Positions 11,625 to 24,229 of a stretch of 64,000 nt of DNA are shown piece by piece. The translations under genes and the position numbers were made by a program. The stretch lies in the NCBI RefSeq assembly GCF_009914755.1, contig NC_060935.1, one strand, 5' to 3'. The first letter of the stretch is position 1, and each line of letters starts with the position of its first letter. The notes beneath the pieces are model-generated. The model saw nothing but the letters and a program-made list of their open reading frames with translations. It had not been told where the DNA came from and ran no database searches. The DNA comes from the human T2T-CHM13v2.0 reference genome, Homo sapiens.

Positions 11625-11810
11625 GTCCTGGGTTCAAATCCCAGTTCTGCCATTTCCTGGCCACCAGACCTCAGACAAGTAACTTCGTCTCATTGTGCCT
11701 CCATTTTCTCATCTACAAAATGAAAACAGTGACACCCACCTGTTGGGATTATTGTGCCAGGGAATGAGATGCTGATGACCCTAAGTCCTGAGCCTGTAGC
11801 AGAGTAGGTG
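11625..11810 (+). mobile_element. MIR SINE
   Basis: cctgggttcaaatcccagttctgcc...ttttctcatctacaaaatg. Confidence 0.85.
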
Positions 11811-12122
11811 AATCTGAAAGAGAAACACTCACCACCACTGAGAACCATGATCTAAGCAGAGCTTTAGAGCAGTTTACAAAGTGCTGCTTGGGCGCAGCCT
11901 TCCAGAAGGAGGTGATCGAGAGGAAGGCCCTGCCCCAGCTGGGACCCCAGGTCCCTCCTGGGCTCCTCCCTGACTGTGGGTTGTCAAGAAGGGTGTTGAC
12001 AGGCCAAGGGGGGCCCAGGATGTTGAAGGATTTGGGAATTTGATTGCGGGTCTTAGGGCTGAGAGGCTGTAAAGCTCATGGGGCCAAGGGGCCATCTCCA
12101 GGTATCCAAGAGTTACCATGAA

Positions 12123-12166
<44 letters not shown>
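12123..12166. repeat. (AAT)n microsatellite
   Basis: About 14 perfect AAT units. Confidence 0.95.
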
Positions 12167-12167
<1 letters not shown>

Positions 12168-13905
12168 GGGAGTTTGGGAGGGCCAGGGTTCAGTGCAGCA
12201 TATCACCATCACCTACCTGGCTTTCCTTATCACACCAGATTCCCTGGGGTGAAACTGAGTTGCTTTGAGCAAATCACTGAGCCTCTGAGCCGTATCTGTG
12301 CAGATCCCATGGACGTCCACGCCTGCACTCTCTGTGGACTCTCTGTGGACTCTGGTGGTGGCAGCAGTACCTGCCTCCCTCGCTCCCTGGGGTGGTGTCT
12401 CATTGCCCTCTGAAGCCCCCACTCGGCCAATATGAAGGGTCACCTCTGTGTCTGGGTCTTATGGTGGATGTGGGAGAGGTGACGATACACAAGCAGCTGC
12501 CCCTGCGGTGAAGGAGCTCCCAGGCCAGTGAGGTGGGGGTGGGCAGGGGTGGGGCAGACAGGCCAGAAAGTAAGGAACCAGGCCACATGACAAATGCCAG
12601 AACCAAGGAAGAATCAAATACCCTGGGACCTAGAGGAAGGGATTTGTTCTACTCATAAAGGGAATCCCCTGCAGACCCCAAGGCCCCTGGCACTGGTCCA
12701 CTTTGAGTGTCACATCAACTGCTCCTGTCAACCACAGGGCAGCCAGGGAGGAGGCAGGGAGGTGAGATAGACAGTAACATCTCTGTTCTGCAGGTGAGCA
12801 CACCGAGGCTCAGAGAAGACAGCTGGCTCAGAGCTAGAATGGAAGCCCAGAGTCCCAATGCCTGGGACCGGCTGCTCTTCAGCAGTCCTTTGGCCACTTA
12901 ATACGTCCCCACCCCACAGGACACCTTTCCAGGTCACTGGCTGCACCTGGCCAGGCCCAGCTCCTTTTGTGTAGGTAAGAAACTCTTCACCACCCAGGGT
13001 CCTTCCATGGCAGGTGCAAACTATAAACAGGCCCTTCTCTGGGATGACTAGAGTCTCCGCATACCCTAAAATAGCCCTGTCCCTCACCCCTACCCATGCC
13101 CCCACTCAAATCTGAACCAGAAATGCTGCCTCCAAAAGGCCCCTGTAATGACTCATCCATCCAACAAGCACCACTGAGTGCCCCACCTCTGCCAGGTTCT
13201 CACTGGACCTAAGCATCCTGCAGAGCCTGAGAAGAAAATGAGGACTCTGGAAGGTTGGGGACACCAACCAGCCCATCTCCTAGGCATTCCAGAAAAGTCT
13301 TCCCTGGGGGCAAGTTATCTCTGCCTATCTCCAAAATCATTCAACTATTATTACTCAACTATTTTCCAAGCGGTCCCAGAACACATCTGTCCTATGGGGT
13401 CTCTTCACATTAATGATAAACTCTTTTTCACCCTCTAACAGAAAGACATCTTTTTAAAGGGCAAAGCCTTCCAACCGCAGCCTGAAGAGTCCTGGGCCAG
13501 GCTGTGGAAACAGCAAAGAGGCACATTCCAGGGTGGCTGGGTGCCTCACTGGCTTCCTGCCCCACTTCTCTGGCAATAGTGGTAAAGACAGTCAAAGAGC
13601 GGGGACTGCTGGCCAGCAAGTGAGGGTGGAGGGAGGGATGGAGAGCCCCTGGCCTGGGGTCTAGCTCCCGGGGCAGAGGGAGAATGTCAGGGGCCTAAGA
13701 CCCAAAGGAAGAGTATTTAAATAAGAGAGATCTTTGTGTTGCAGATACCTTCTTCAACCCACTGAACAGGTGGGGACCTAAGTCAATGACCCAATAACAG
13801 AGAAAATGCTGCCCCCTACCCCCCCCCTCCTCCACTGCCCAAGTTCAGGAGAGCAGGCATGGCTGACATTCCCTCTAATCCAGGGATATGTTGGGGGTAG
13901 GAAGG

Positions 13906-14443
13906 TGTGATGGTTAATATTGAGTGTCAACTTGATTGGATTGAAGGATGCAAAGTATTGTTCCTGGGTGTGTCTGTGAGGGTGTTGCCAAACACCCTTT
14001 AACATTTGAGTCACTGGGAGAGGCAGACCCACCCTCAATCTGGGTGGGCACAATCTAATCAGCTGCCAGCGAGTCCAGAATAAAAGCAGACAGAACATGG
14101 AAAGACTAGACTGGCTAAGTCTTCCGGCCTCCATCTTTCTCCTGTGCTGAATGCTTCCTGCCCTCAAACATTAGACTCCAAGCTCTTCAGCTCTTGGACT
14201 CTTGGACTTACACCAGTGATTTGCCAGGGCCTCTCAGGCCTTCGACCACAGACTGAAGGCCGCACCATCGGCTTCCCTACTTTTGAGGGTTTGGGACTTG
14301 GACTGGCTTCCTTGCTCCTCAGCTTGCAGATGGCCTATTGTGGGACTTCACCCTGTGGTTGTGTGAGTCAACTCTCCTAATAAACTCCTCTTGATATTTG
14401 CATCTGTCCTATTAGTTCTGTCCCTTTAGAGAACCCTAATACA
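13906..14443 (+). mobile_element. MLT2A-family (HERV-L) solo LTR, probably MLT2A2
   Basis: TG...CA termini (tgtgatggttaatattgagtgtcaacttgattgg ... gaaccctaataca), 5-bp TSD GAAGG at 13901-13905 and 14444-14448, AATAAA near the 3' end. Confidence 0.9.
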
Positions 14444-14802
14444 GAAGGGTTTCAGTTAGACCACAAGAGCAACCTTCTGACTGTGACCTGGAAAAAGGCA
14501 CCCAGGGCCTTCTGAAGGAGGAGCAGCTTTTACCCAAGGCCCCTGGGCCTGCTCCATGGATTTCCAAGTCAATCTGGTTGGAGGCAGAGGGCCGCCCTAG
14601 CTCACCTTTAGAGTCCCTCCCCTTGGGGAAGAAGAGCCCCTAACAAGGAAGTGGGAAGCAACTGGCTCTTCTCACCCCCGCTCTGGGCCTGGTTTAAATG
14701 AGGTGGTATGGGGGAGGTAATAGCACGTACTTCACAGGAGCAAGGGACATAAATGTGTAAATAAATCCTCTAACAAAGTAACACGCACATGGCAGATACT
14801 AA

Positions 14803-15179
<377 letters not shown>

Positions 15180-16394
15180 TGAAGGGTCCCTCTGCCAGCT
15201 CCTGCCCATGTTCCCACAATTATTGACTCCCTCTGCCAACCAATGATACCTCTGCTCAAACTTGCAAAAAAAAACCAGAAAAATCCTGGGTTCCTGCAAG
15301 GGCACTCCAGGTCTTGTTTGTAGATGTGCAAAGCCTTTGAAGCCAGAGGTGGAGAGTGGAGGACAATGGCGGAGAGGGGAGACTTTGGCCCCCAGGGAGA
15401 GCTGCAGGCAGCAGACGAGGGATAGGGTTGGCCTCAGCAGGAGTGAGCAGACAGAGGGGGTGCTCAGACAGGCTGGAAAGAGATTAGAGGGCTCATTAAA
15501 GCCAGGGGTGGACACAAAAGCATCCTACAGCCCCACAAGTACAGGCCCTTGTTTCGAATGTGTCTTACAAAAAGGAATAAATGAAAATAAGTGAACTCTG
15601 ACAAGTGGGAAAATGTTAAGGGCATGCAGAGGGAATTGTCAGCACCTCCACATGGTGCCAGAGAACAGGACCCGCTCCAAGCTGGAGGGAACTTCCCAGA
15701 GCCTTTCAGCTAATGCCAGCTCTCACCACTCCCTCAACAACCCCCTGGCCCCTTCACTCTAGGCCCCCTTCCTGCAGGGAGGAGGGGGAGCTCTCGAGGC
15801 ACACGCCTTTGAGGCAGGGCATGGTGATCTCCTTTCTGATCTGTCCCCATCCCTACGCCCTGGGACAGCACAGTGACCTCAGTGGCTGCTGATGGGTCAA
15901 CAATTTCCCAGAAGACCAAACTCAGGCAAAGTGCCATTTAACATGCTAAGCAGCCCTAGAGTCTGCACAAACCCTTTGTAAGCCCCACCCTCCACCTGCC
16001 GTTTTGACACTGACTCAATGCCTGTGGCTTCCAGAGGTGGCCCTGGCACCAGTCCTTCTGCTAGGCTAATGCTGACGCCACCACAGGACTCCCCCTTGGT
16101 CATTGCTGTGGGGCTGTTGGGCCACCGCTTTTCTCAAGATGGCCTGGGCTACCCTGCCTGATGTCACCCCAGGTACCACAGTCTGGGCTGTTGCCATCCA
16201 TTTTAGAGGAGCCACTGAGGCCTGCTCTCCCCATCTCAAGCTCCTCTGTCGCTGAGCAGCTACTCAGCTTTGGCGTCTCATTCCAGTTATGCCTTTCCAG
16301 CTTTGCCTCCAGTGAAAGTGGAATCCATCCCCTCGCTTTTTACACCCCGCCCACCTCCGTTTTGTTTCTTTATATGTTTACGCACCTGCCTCTC

Positions 16395-16500
16395 CCACTA
16401 GACTGAGAGCTCCTTGAAATCAGAGTTCTAGTTCACTCATCTCTTAAGCCCGGGGCCTAGTTCAGGGCCGGACTCCTCATAGTAGGTGGTCACTAAGCAG
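16395..16500 (+). mobile_element. L2 3' end
   Basis: cccactagactgagagctccttga...catagtaggtggtcactaa. Confidence 0.65.
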
Positions 16501-17160
16501 CCACCAAGCGAATCGCAGAGGTGACCATGCAGTGCAAGGTCAATGTGACCCAGGAAGAGAATTCTTCCAATGGACCCTGAAGCCGGGCACCAGGAACTTG
16601 AGCTCTGGCCTCATCCCACCAACCCTCCCATGCATGATGGGAAGGCAAACGCCAGCCTTTGTCCTTTGTATAGAGGACCTCAACCTGAGCCTTGGATGGG
16701 GAGAGACTCTCCCTGTCCTAGGGACAAAACCTTGTACACAGGGCTGCAAAAAAGCCTGTCTGGTTACTCACCATGCCGCCCGCCAGCCCCTTCTCTTCAG
16801 GGACAGAGAAAAGGTGCAGATCCAAATGCCAACGTGAGTGGCCCTAACCCACTGAGGCCCCAACTTACAGTGAGTCTACTGCCTCGCCCTTACCCCCAAG
16901 GGCTGCCTGCAGAGGGGGCTGGCTGCCCTGTGCTGACCTCGAGCCACACCCTTTGCACAGAAACAGACTCTAGCAGGAGGCGGTGGGGAGGGAGGGAGGA
17001 CAGGGCCCAGACAGTGAGACTTGGCTGTGAGGCAGGAAGAAGGCTCAAGAAAAACCCCACTGGGCCTGCAGGTCCGCAGACTGCATCCTTGAGAAGAGCC
17101 TCAGGTATGGCTCTGAGAGTCCCACGAGTGACAAATTGAGAAGGTGTCCAGGTAGAAAAC

Positions 17161-18106
17161 TGTTAATTAAAAATATATAATAATATAAAAATATGTAATA
17201 ATAACAGCTGTAAATTTGGAAAAGGAGAAGGTGACTTTATTTCTTGTAAAGGATTACAACTGCAAGGTGGCCTTCCCACGGGCTCAGAAGCACAGCCTCC
17301 AGCCAAGACCAGAGACAGGTATTTCAAAGAAGGAGAGGCTGGGGTAGGAGCTTTATGCTGAAAGGGTTGGCTGAACATAAACATTCATCAGTTTACAGGA
17401 AGAGAAAGAGCTGTGAGTATTCATGAAGGTGGCCCTGACACATGTATATTGAACAAACATGTATATTACAAATGACCTCTGTTTGCATTGGGGTGGAGAT
17501 TTAATATGGAAGTGTATTCCCATTAGGCCCTATAGGTCAAAGGGGCTTTTCAGGACACAAAGGTGCATGAATGCACAATCTCTGTAAACTGACCAGAGTC
17601 GGTCCATGGTCGGTGGCCAACTTATCAGGAGAACGCTACCAAAATCAGCCTCTTGCCCAATCAAAGCTGTAGCTATGGCTGGTGGAACAGCGGCTCAGGC
17701 AGTCAACATCTGTGAACTGTGATGAGCTGTAATTGTCGTAATATTGCTTATCTTGAGGCCAGTGCTTGTTTAGCTGCTAGAGAAAAAAACCTCGTGGCCA
17801 TTAGAACATAGCTTATTCTTTAAGTATAGATAGTGTGTGACTTACCCTTGCCTGGGGTCCTGTTTATAATTTGGTATATTATTTCCAAAATGATTCTGTC
17901 AGTCTTACGATCTCTATTTTCACATTAATGCTTGTCAGTTGTTGTGTCTAAAGTTTGAAAAGGTGGGGGATACAACCAGATGTATCTGACCTCCTGTCCT
18001 GTCATGGTGAGGAACAAAGTGGTAAGGTTTTTCTAGGGGCCCCCTTGGCCAAGGCAGGGGTCCATTCGATCAGTGGGGGAGCTCAGGATTTTACTTTTAG
18101 TTTACA
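17161..18106 (-). mobile_element. MER4-group ERV1 solo LTR (MER49-like)
   Basis: Ends ...cccttggccaaggcaggggtccattcgatcagtgggggagctcaggattttacttttagtttaca, the reverse of the TGTAAACTAAAA... start of MER4-group LTRs. About 950 bp with TG..CA termini and a near-TSD AAAC/AAGC. Confidence 0.8.
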
Positions 18107-18589
18107 AAGCAGACCCTGGTTTTTTCGCTGGATCACTCATTCACTCAACACACAGGAAGCACTCAGCAAAGAGTCCCAATCCCTCCTCCATGGAGGCCAT
18201 TGTCCAAGGGGGCAGGGAAGCATACGAATCACTGATTATGCGGCAGGCACCATGCTAGAGGTAATGTAATCATTTCTTGCTTTGGAAGGACAGAAACAGG
18301 GAGGGAATCTTATTATGCTTTTAAGCAGAGATGCACAGAAGCTTGAGGTTGACTCAGGTCAGAGGCCAATGTGCCTGAGACCCAGGTTTTCTAGTAACTG
18401 ACATCAAGTGGGAGGAAGATTTTGTAACCACGATGGAAAGAAGTTCTCTTTTACCAAGCACCTATTATGGGCTAAGTGCCATCATTTCATTTGCATTGAC
18501 ACCCTGGAAGGTGAGTTCCTCCACTCTCAGGTGGGGGAATTGACAAGCTGCATGCATTTTATTAAAGTTTATAAAGTATTTTTGGATCT

Positions 18590-18720
18590 ATGACTGCATT
18601 TCACCCTCACTAGATCCCTGTGAGGAAGGCACTGGTCTCCCTTATTTGGAGGATTCATAAACTGGGGCTCAGAGAGACAAAACATGACTTCCCCAAGGCC
18701 AAACTGTCTGACCTCACATC
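18590..18720 (-). mobile_element. MIR SINE
   Basis: aaactggggctcagagaga...tgacttccccaaggcc. Confidence 0.65.
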
Positions 18721-19851
18721 TAGAACACTTCGCTGCCCCCTTACACATTGTAATGAATGGCCTGGCCGAGGGTTTAGAAGACAGGCTACGGGGCTGTGAA
18801 GGCACTAGGCTGGGAGGAAACAGACCATCATAAGTCATCAGCGGAAAGGAAACTCCTGCCCTTGGCTTCAAAAAGCCAACTGTGGGCCACCAGGGAAGGG
18901 CCCAGGCAGACGTTGCCTTAAGAAGCCTTCGGTGCCCTGGTTGACTTTAAGGGCTGACAGGTCAATGAGGGGTTACAGCAGAGGGCTCTTTGGCCTTTAG
19001 GTAGCACATAAAGAGTGCGTGGAAAAAGATGGGCAACCCATCCTGTCCTCCACTCTAAGGACAGATGGCATTGTCAGTACTGGGGGCACTTCTGAGGGCT
19101 ACACTGTGAGAGGGCACAAAGTGAGCATTGCCCCCTTCATCCAATAGGTGCCTGGAAGGCCCTATTCTGAGTAAGGTACCATCGCCATCAACCCTGAACT
19201 GAGCCTCGAAGAACCCAACAACATAGATGGGCCCCACCCCAGGTGGAGGGTGCAGACAGTATACTCGAAAGGAAAGGAGGTGATGGGAAGGCCTGGCTTC
19301 TCACAGAACCTCAGCCAGGTTCCTTCAAGATAGAAGTGAAAGACAAAAATCCAGGCAGTCAGAAGAATGGCAGTGGTATGAGGGGACATCCCCTGAAACA
19401 TGAATAATGGCTCCAAAGAGAATGATGGCGGACACTGGGAGGGTGTGCAGGAGCAAGGGGGCCATGGGGGTGCTGGGATCCATGGGTGGAACCAGAGACC
19501 CCAAACAGACACCCAGGGCCAGTTGACTTGACCTGGGCCTCTCCTCCATGTATGTACAAGCTCCACTTCCTCCTCCATGCTCCAGCATCGCTTGGTCTTG
19601 TGTTGCTTAGCCTACTAAGCTTGTCCAGGTCACTCTGCCCGACCTCACCATGAGCCCTCCCTACTCTTGTCCCTTCTGCTTAAGGAGCCAGAGAAAACAA
19701 CTACAGATTCTTGTGCCCTGGGGTGTAAGGGAAACTGTGGATGCCCAGGGGAGAGAAGGGGAGAAGCCTGGGGGTGACAGGAAGATGGGTGTTAGTAGCC
19801 CCCACTTCAACATAAGAGGGCAAAAATCCAGACTAACACAGAAAACAAACT

Positions 19852-19908
19852 AGATCAATGTTTCCCACTGAGATCAATGTTTCCCGCTGAGATCAATATT
19901 TCCCACTG
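19852..19908. repeat. 19-bp tandem triplication
   Basis: AGATCAATGTTTCCCACTG / AGATCAATGTTTCCCGCTG / AGATCAATATTTCCCACTG. Confidence 0.95.
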
Positions 19909-20154
19909 TGTGTTCCACAGAACAAGTCACCAGGAATAAAGGGTTCTGTGGTCCAATAAGTTTGGGAAAAGCAGAGGTAAGCAGATTTCCATAGCAGACT
20001 TCCCAGGGCCTTTAATGTGCTAATACGCATGGCGAATCTCCAAGAGGGAGGCAGAGCATGCGGCGCAGCCCAGCCTTATGTGACCAAGGAACCCTTTCAT
20101 CACAGTGGATTTCTCAGGACCAAAGTGCTAGGGAACATGCTTTGGAAAACAGAG
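19856..20154 (+). mobile_element. MER103C-like hAT-Charlie DNA transposon
   Basis: TIR-like ends caatgtttccc...tttggaaaacagag; internal aagggttctgtggtccaataagtttgggaa and gcctttaatgtgctaat; 8-bp TSD AACTAGAT/AACTAGAC (19848-19855, 20155-20162). Confidence 0.8.
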
Positions 20155-20214
20155 AACTAGACCAAGGTGATCCAGATTCCAAACTGAGTTTTTAGTCTCA
20201 TGTGGGATTCGGTG

Positions 20215-20360
20215 ATCTAGTGGGGTAGACAGGGCTAAGACTTAGCTCTTCTACTCTCTCAGGGGGCACTTTGTCTCTCTGGGCCTCCATGTCCTCATCT
20301 CAATAATGAAACCTGTGCTGCCCAACTGCCGTCTCCCAGGATTCTTTTGAGGATCAAAGC
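20215..20360 (+). mobile_element. MIR SINE
   Basis: tctctctgggcctccatgtcctcatctcaataatg...tttgaggatcaaa. Confidence 0.7.
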
Positions 20361-23300
20361 AAATACGTAGACCCCTTTTAAACTACAGCTCTGTAAACCA
20401 AGGGGCATAAAAGGCAACCTCCCCTTGAAAAGACAACGTATACCACAACATGATTTGATGTACAAAAGCTCTCTTTACAAATAACTTTTAAAAGAACTTA
20501 TCCATTGTATAAAGCAAGATCCACCTATGAAAGATAAAGATGAAGCAATGGCAAAAAAGCAAAGGCAATGGCAGAGAAAGCCCTATGATGTGTGGAGCAT
20601 AGTGACAGAAAGAAGATGCTGATGGTGCCTAGGGCCCTGGGTCTGAGTCTGGTCTGCCCTGGACCTGCTGTGTGGCATCAGCCAAGTCTCTCCTTTTCTT
20701 CCGTGCATGAGGGGGTTGGGCAACATGACCCCCAAGGCCCACCCAGCCCTAAAGTCAGAACTGAAGGCCCCCACACTGCTTTGGGCAGCCCATCCCCACA
20801 GGGGATCTGTCCAGGTGAATATCTGAAAGGTGTCAAAGGGAAAGGACAAAACTGCTCCAGGAGAAGCTCCATGGGGCTAGCCAAAGTAGCCAAATCTGTC
20901 CACAGGCATGAATTTGGCTATGAAACTAGAGATGAGCCAAAAATCAGAAACGAGGTCCACGCAGAAAGAGAATTGGAAAAGCTTCCTTCCCCACAAGAGT
21001 TTCTGCCCCATCAACTTAGGCCTCAGCCCCTTCCTACAGGATGCAGAGGTGACCAAGGGTAAAGAGGGAGAGGCCAGGTTTCAGCCTGGGTTGCTATAGG
21101 ATCCCTTTGAGGGAAACAGGTCCTCAAAGTACAGGATGTCATAAAGTCTAGTCTGATGGATGAGGGAGCAAGCAGCCCCCTCTCGAGAGTCCCACGGATT
21201 AGAGGGACATCCTGCACCTGCTTCCGCTGAGGGCTTCCCTCTGACACCGTGCATGTCACTTTCGCTATTTTTCACAAGAGTAAGAAAGTTCACTGTAGAC
21301 TTGGTGCAGTCTACAATTACTGCTTGGGATGCTGAGGGACAGTCATAAAGAGTGCTGTATCCTTTCTGTACAACAAAAGAGCAGTCTGGACTTGAGTACT
21401 TGAGGCCTGTGCTGTGTGTGTGTGCGTGTGTGTGTATAAATGTGCACATTCATGTTCAGCAGAGATATTGCTTCCCAGCCCTAGGCTTATGTGAGGAGGG
21501 TAAGCATGTGGCAATGAGGTCAGGAGACAACCTGAGATCGTCTGGCACTTAGTGATTCTGTCTGGGGACATAGCAGGTGCTGACAGAATCTATCACTCTG
21601 CAACAGGTCTGTCAACAGACTCTGTGTGACAACAATGTATGCAACAGGGTCTCCAGGGTGTGGAGAAGCTCTTGCCTTATGGGTGAGCATGAACAAGGAA
21701 CAGAGAGTCAGCTTGTGATGCAGTGGGTGCGTCTCTCCCCACAGGAGCATATGGGGGCTGTTGGATTGGAGATGTATGTGTTTGTACACACATGCACATT
21801 TAAGTGTGTTGGTGGCAGCAGCCTAGAATTCTGGCCCCATCTCTGAACCAACTCACTCTAGGACCTTGGCCATGTTGCTTTCCCCCTTTAGGATCTTGGC
21901 CTCCTCAGCTATAAACAGGAGGGGCAGACCACATTGTTCAAGTTCTGCAGTCTGATCTCCTGAAGTGTGTGTGGGTTGGGGGGTGGAAGAAAAAGAGGAG
22001 GGGATGCAGCCCCAACAGGGCAGAGCCTTCTCCCCCTACCCCTTGCCACAGCAGCCTCTCCTGGCAGCAGGGCCCCAGCCTTCCCAGTGGAGGGCAGAGG
22101 AAGAGAAAAGTCTCTCCCATGGGAAGGTAAATTTCATTGACTGCCCATGAAATGCTCAGGATACACAAGCCAAGAAGCCCTCACCTGCTCAGCCCCAGCA
22201 AAGGGGGCTGAGTTTGGGGATAGAAGCACTTGGAATGGGGGTTGGAATTTCAGAGCCACGAGCCTGGCCTGAGGCTGGCATCATCTCCCCAGAACCACAT
22301 CCCACTCCCAGCAGCTCCGGACTAGTTTCCAAGCTACAGGGGTGAGAGGCGGAAAGCGTTAACCCCTTGCCAGCCAGAAAAGCTGCCCTGGCTCATCACA
22401 GTCAGTATCCTGCACCTCCCACTAACTTGAACTGCCTGATTCAGAGACTGGGGGACGCTCCAAACAAAAAGGGAAGGAAAAGCTAAACTACAGCGCCCTG
22501 AGCTCCCCTCCAGCCAGCCCTAGTTAAAGGTCATAATGAAGGGACACTTTCCCCAATGGACCTCCTTCTTTGACCACCTTTTCCTTTTCCTTTTTTTGTC
22601 AGGAAGACTTTAATCGAGTCTCCTTGGGGAAAAGCGGCTTCTTCTAATTCAGCTCTTAATTAACCCAGCACACCCCAAAGAGGCTGCAGAACTACTCGTA
22701 AATTAAATATGAAAAGCATTATTTATCTAGGCACAGCCTTCCAAGGGCTCTGATTCTGACGTTTATAGTTAATAATGAAGATGGATTTGGAGGGAGAGAA
22801 GTCGGAGAGGAGAGAGACTATTGCCTGGGGAGAGAATGGAGCCCGCGGGCCTGGTGAGTGTCTTCCAGGGTTGGGGGAATGTAGTCCTCTCAGGCCAAGG
22901 GACTGCTTGCCTGGATCTTTGGAAGGTGAGGGAGGATCAGTACAGGTTCAGGGATCTTGCAGGGTTATTGGCCGAGGCCCTCTCCCACTAGCCCGAGACC
23001 CCTCTCCCTGCCCCATGCCTCATTCCCCTGCCTAACCATTCTCCTCCTTGCTCCCACCCTGTCTCCAGCCCACCCCTAATGGAAGAAAAGGAAGATGGGG
23101 GGAGGGGGGAGCAAGAAACACAGGTGAGAGAACTGTAATGATTCTTTTTATAACATCAATTGCTCAGGAAAAGGCAGCACTATGACTCTCCTTCCTTCTC
23201 AGGGCCTTGGCTGCATCTCTAGGAGCTCCCACCCCATGTAGTTGCATGTTCCCAACTCAGTCCAGGTATAGGAGTTCAACTTCCCATTCTTAGAAAACCA

Positions 23301-23949
23301 CAGGAAGCAGGGTTCTAGTTTGGGATTTGCTCTCTCTGGAGTCCTCAGCCTCATTTTTCCTATAGACGAGTCTGTGTTCATGTCTTCCTATGCCTTTTTC
23401 CTTCGGCCTCTTTGGCCTCTAGAGAAAGGAGTGACATGTGCCTTGGCTCTCCTAGGAAACCAGTTCCACTTTAAAAGGTTACTATCCCTCCAGGCCTTGT
23501 CCAGCTGATCATTTCAAGGGCACTCACTGAGTTCCTCCGCCACCCACTCTAAATTAGGTGCAACACTAAACTCAACGAGGAGCACTAGACATAGGCTCAG
23601 CCCCCACAGAGCTTCCAATGCAGTCAAGGAGGACCTATGAGAAAGAAAAAGCATGTCCAGATGCCCCACATTTCCCAGGAAGTGTGTCTCTTTCATAGCA
23701 ATGAGTCAACAATCCCAACTTTGTTCCACTACAGGCATGTAGGGGACAGGGCGTTAACAGAGACAGAAGTTTTAGCAAGGTACAGCTAAAGCCCTTGCTG
23801 CCTGGAAGCGGGACCCTGGACTCAGTAACAGTACAGACATCTGAGACTATTGTGTCATCACCTCTGCTAGGCTCCACTTAAGCAGCTTCTGTGCCACCTG
23901 AAAGCCTGGAGGTTGGGTGTTCTGGTGTTTTGATATCTAGACAAAGACA

Positions 23950-24060
23950 GCCTTCGACACCCAAAAGCCCTTACCAGGCACTGTCAACAACTAACACAGC
24001 AGAAAAACACCAAGGTGCTGAGCCTTGGGTTCGGGCTTCCCACTGCAGACAGACATCACC
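23950..24060 (+). pseudogene. Retroviral pol integrase C-terminal (GPY/F) remnant
   Basis: Translates ...PKSPYQALSTTNTAEKHQGAEPWVRASHC..., matching the gammaretroviral integrase tail pattern GPYxVLLTTxTAxKxxGxxxWxHxSH. Confidence 0.7.
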
Positions 24061-24229
24061 TAACTACCAGACATTCCATTCCACTGGAAAACTTCAAACA
24101 CGATTTTTACAAATTCTCAACAACAAAACAAAAAAGCTGGCTGCAGACAAGGACAGCTTCTGCTTAGCTAAGACAACAGACAAGCCGCCAACTACGGAAT
24201 TGGACAATCTCTACCCAAAACTATGCAAT

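Noticed and set aside
11874-12413. ORFs with poly-Ile and poly-Asn tracts
   Set aside because: Artefacts of the (AAT)n microsatellite.
19852-19908. CRISPR-like direct repeats
   Set aside because: Units are directly adjacent with no spacers, the DNA is eukaryotic, and there are no cas genes.
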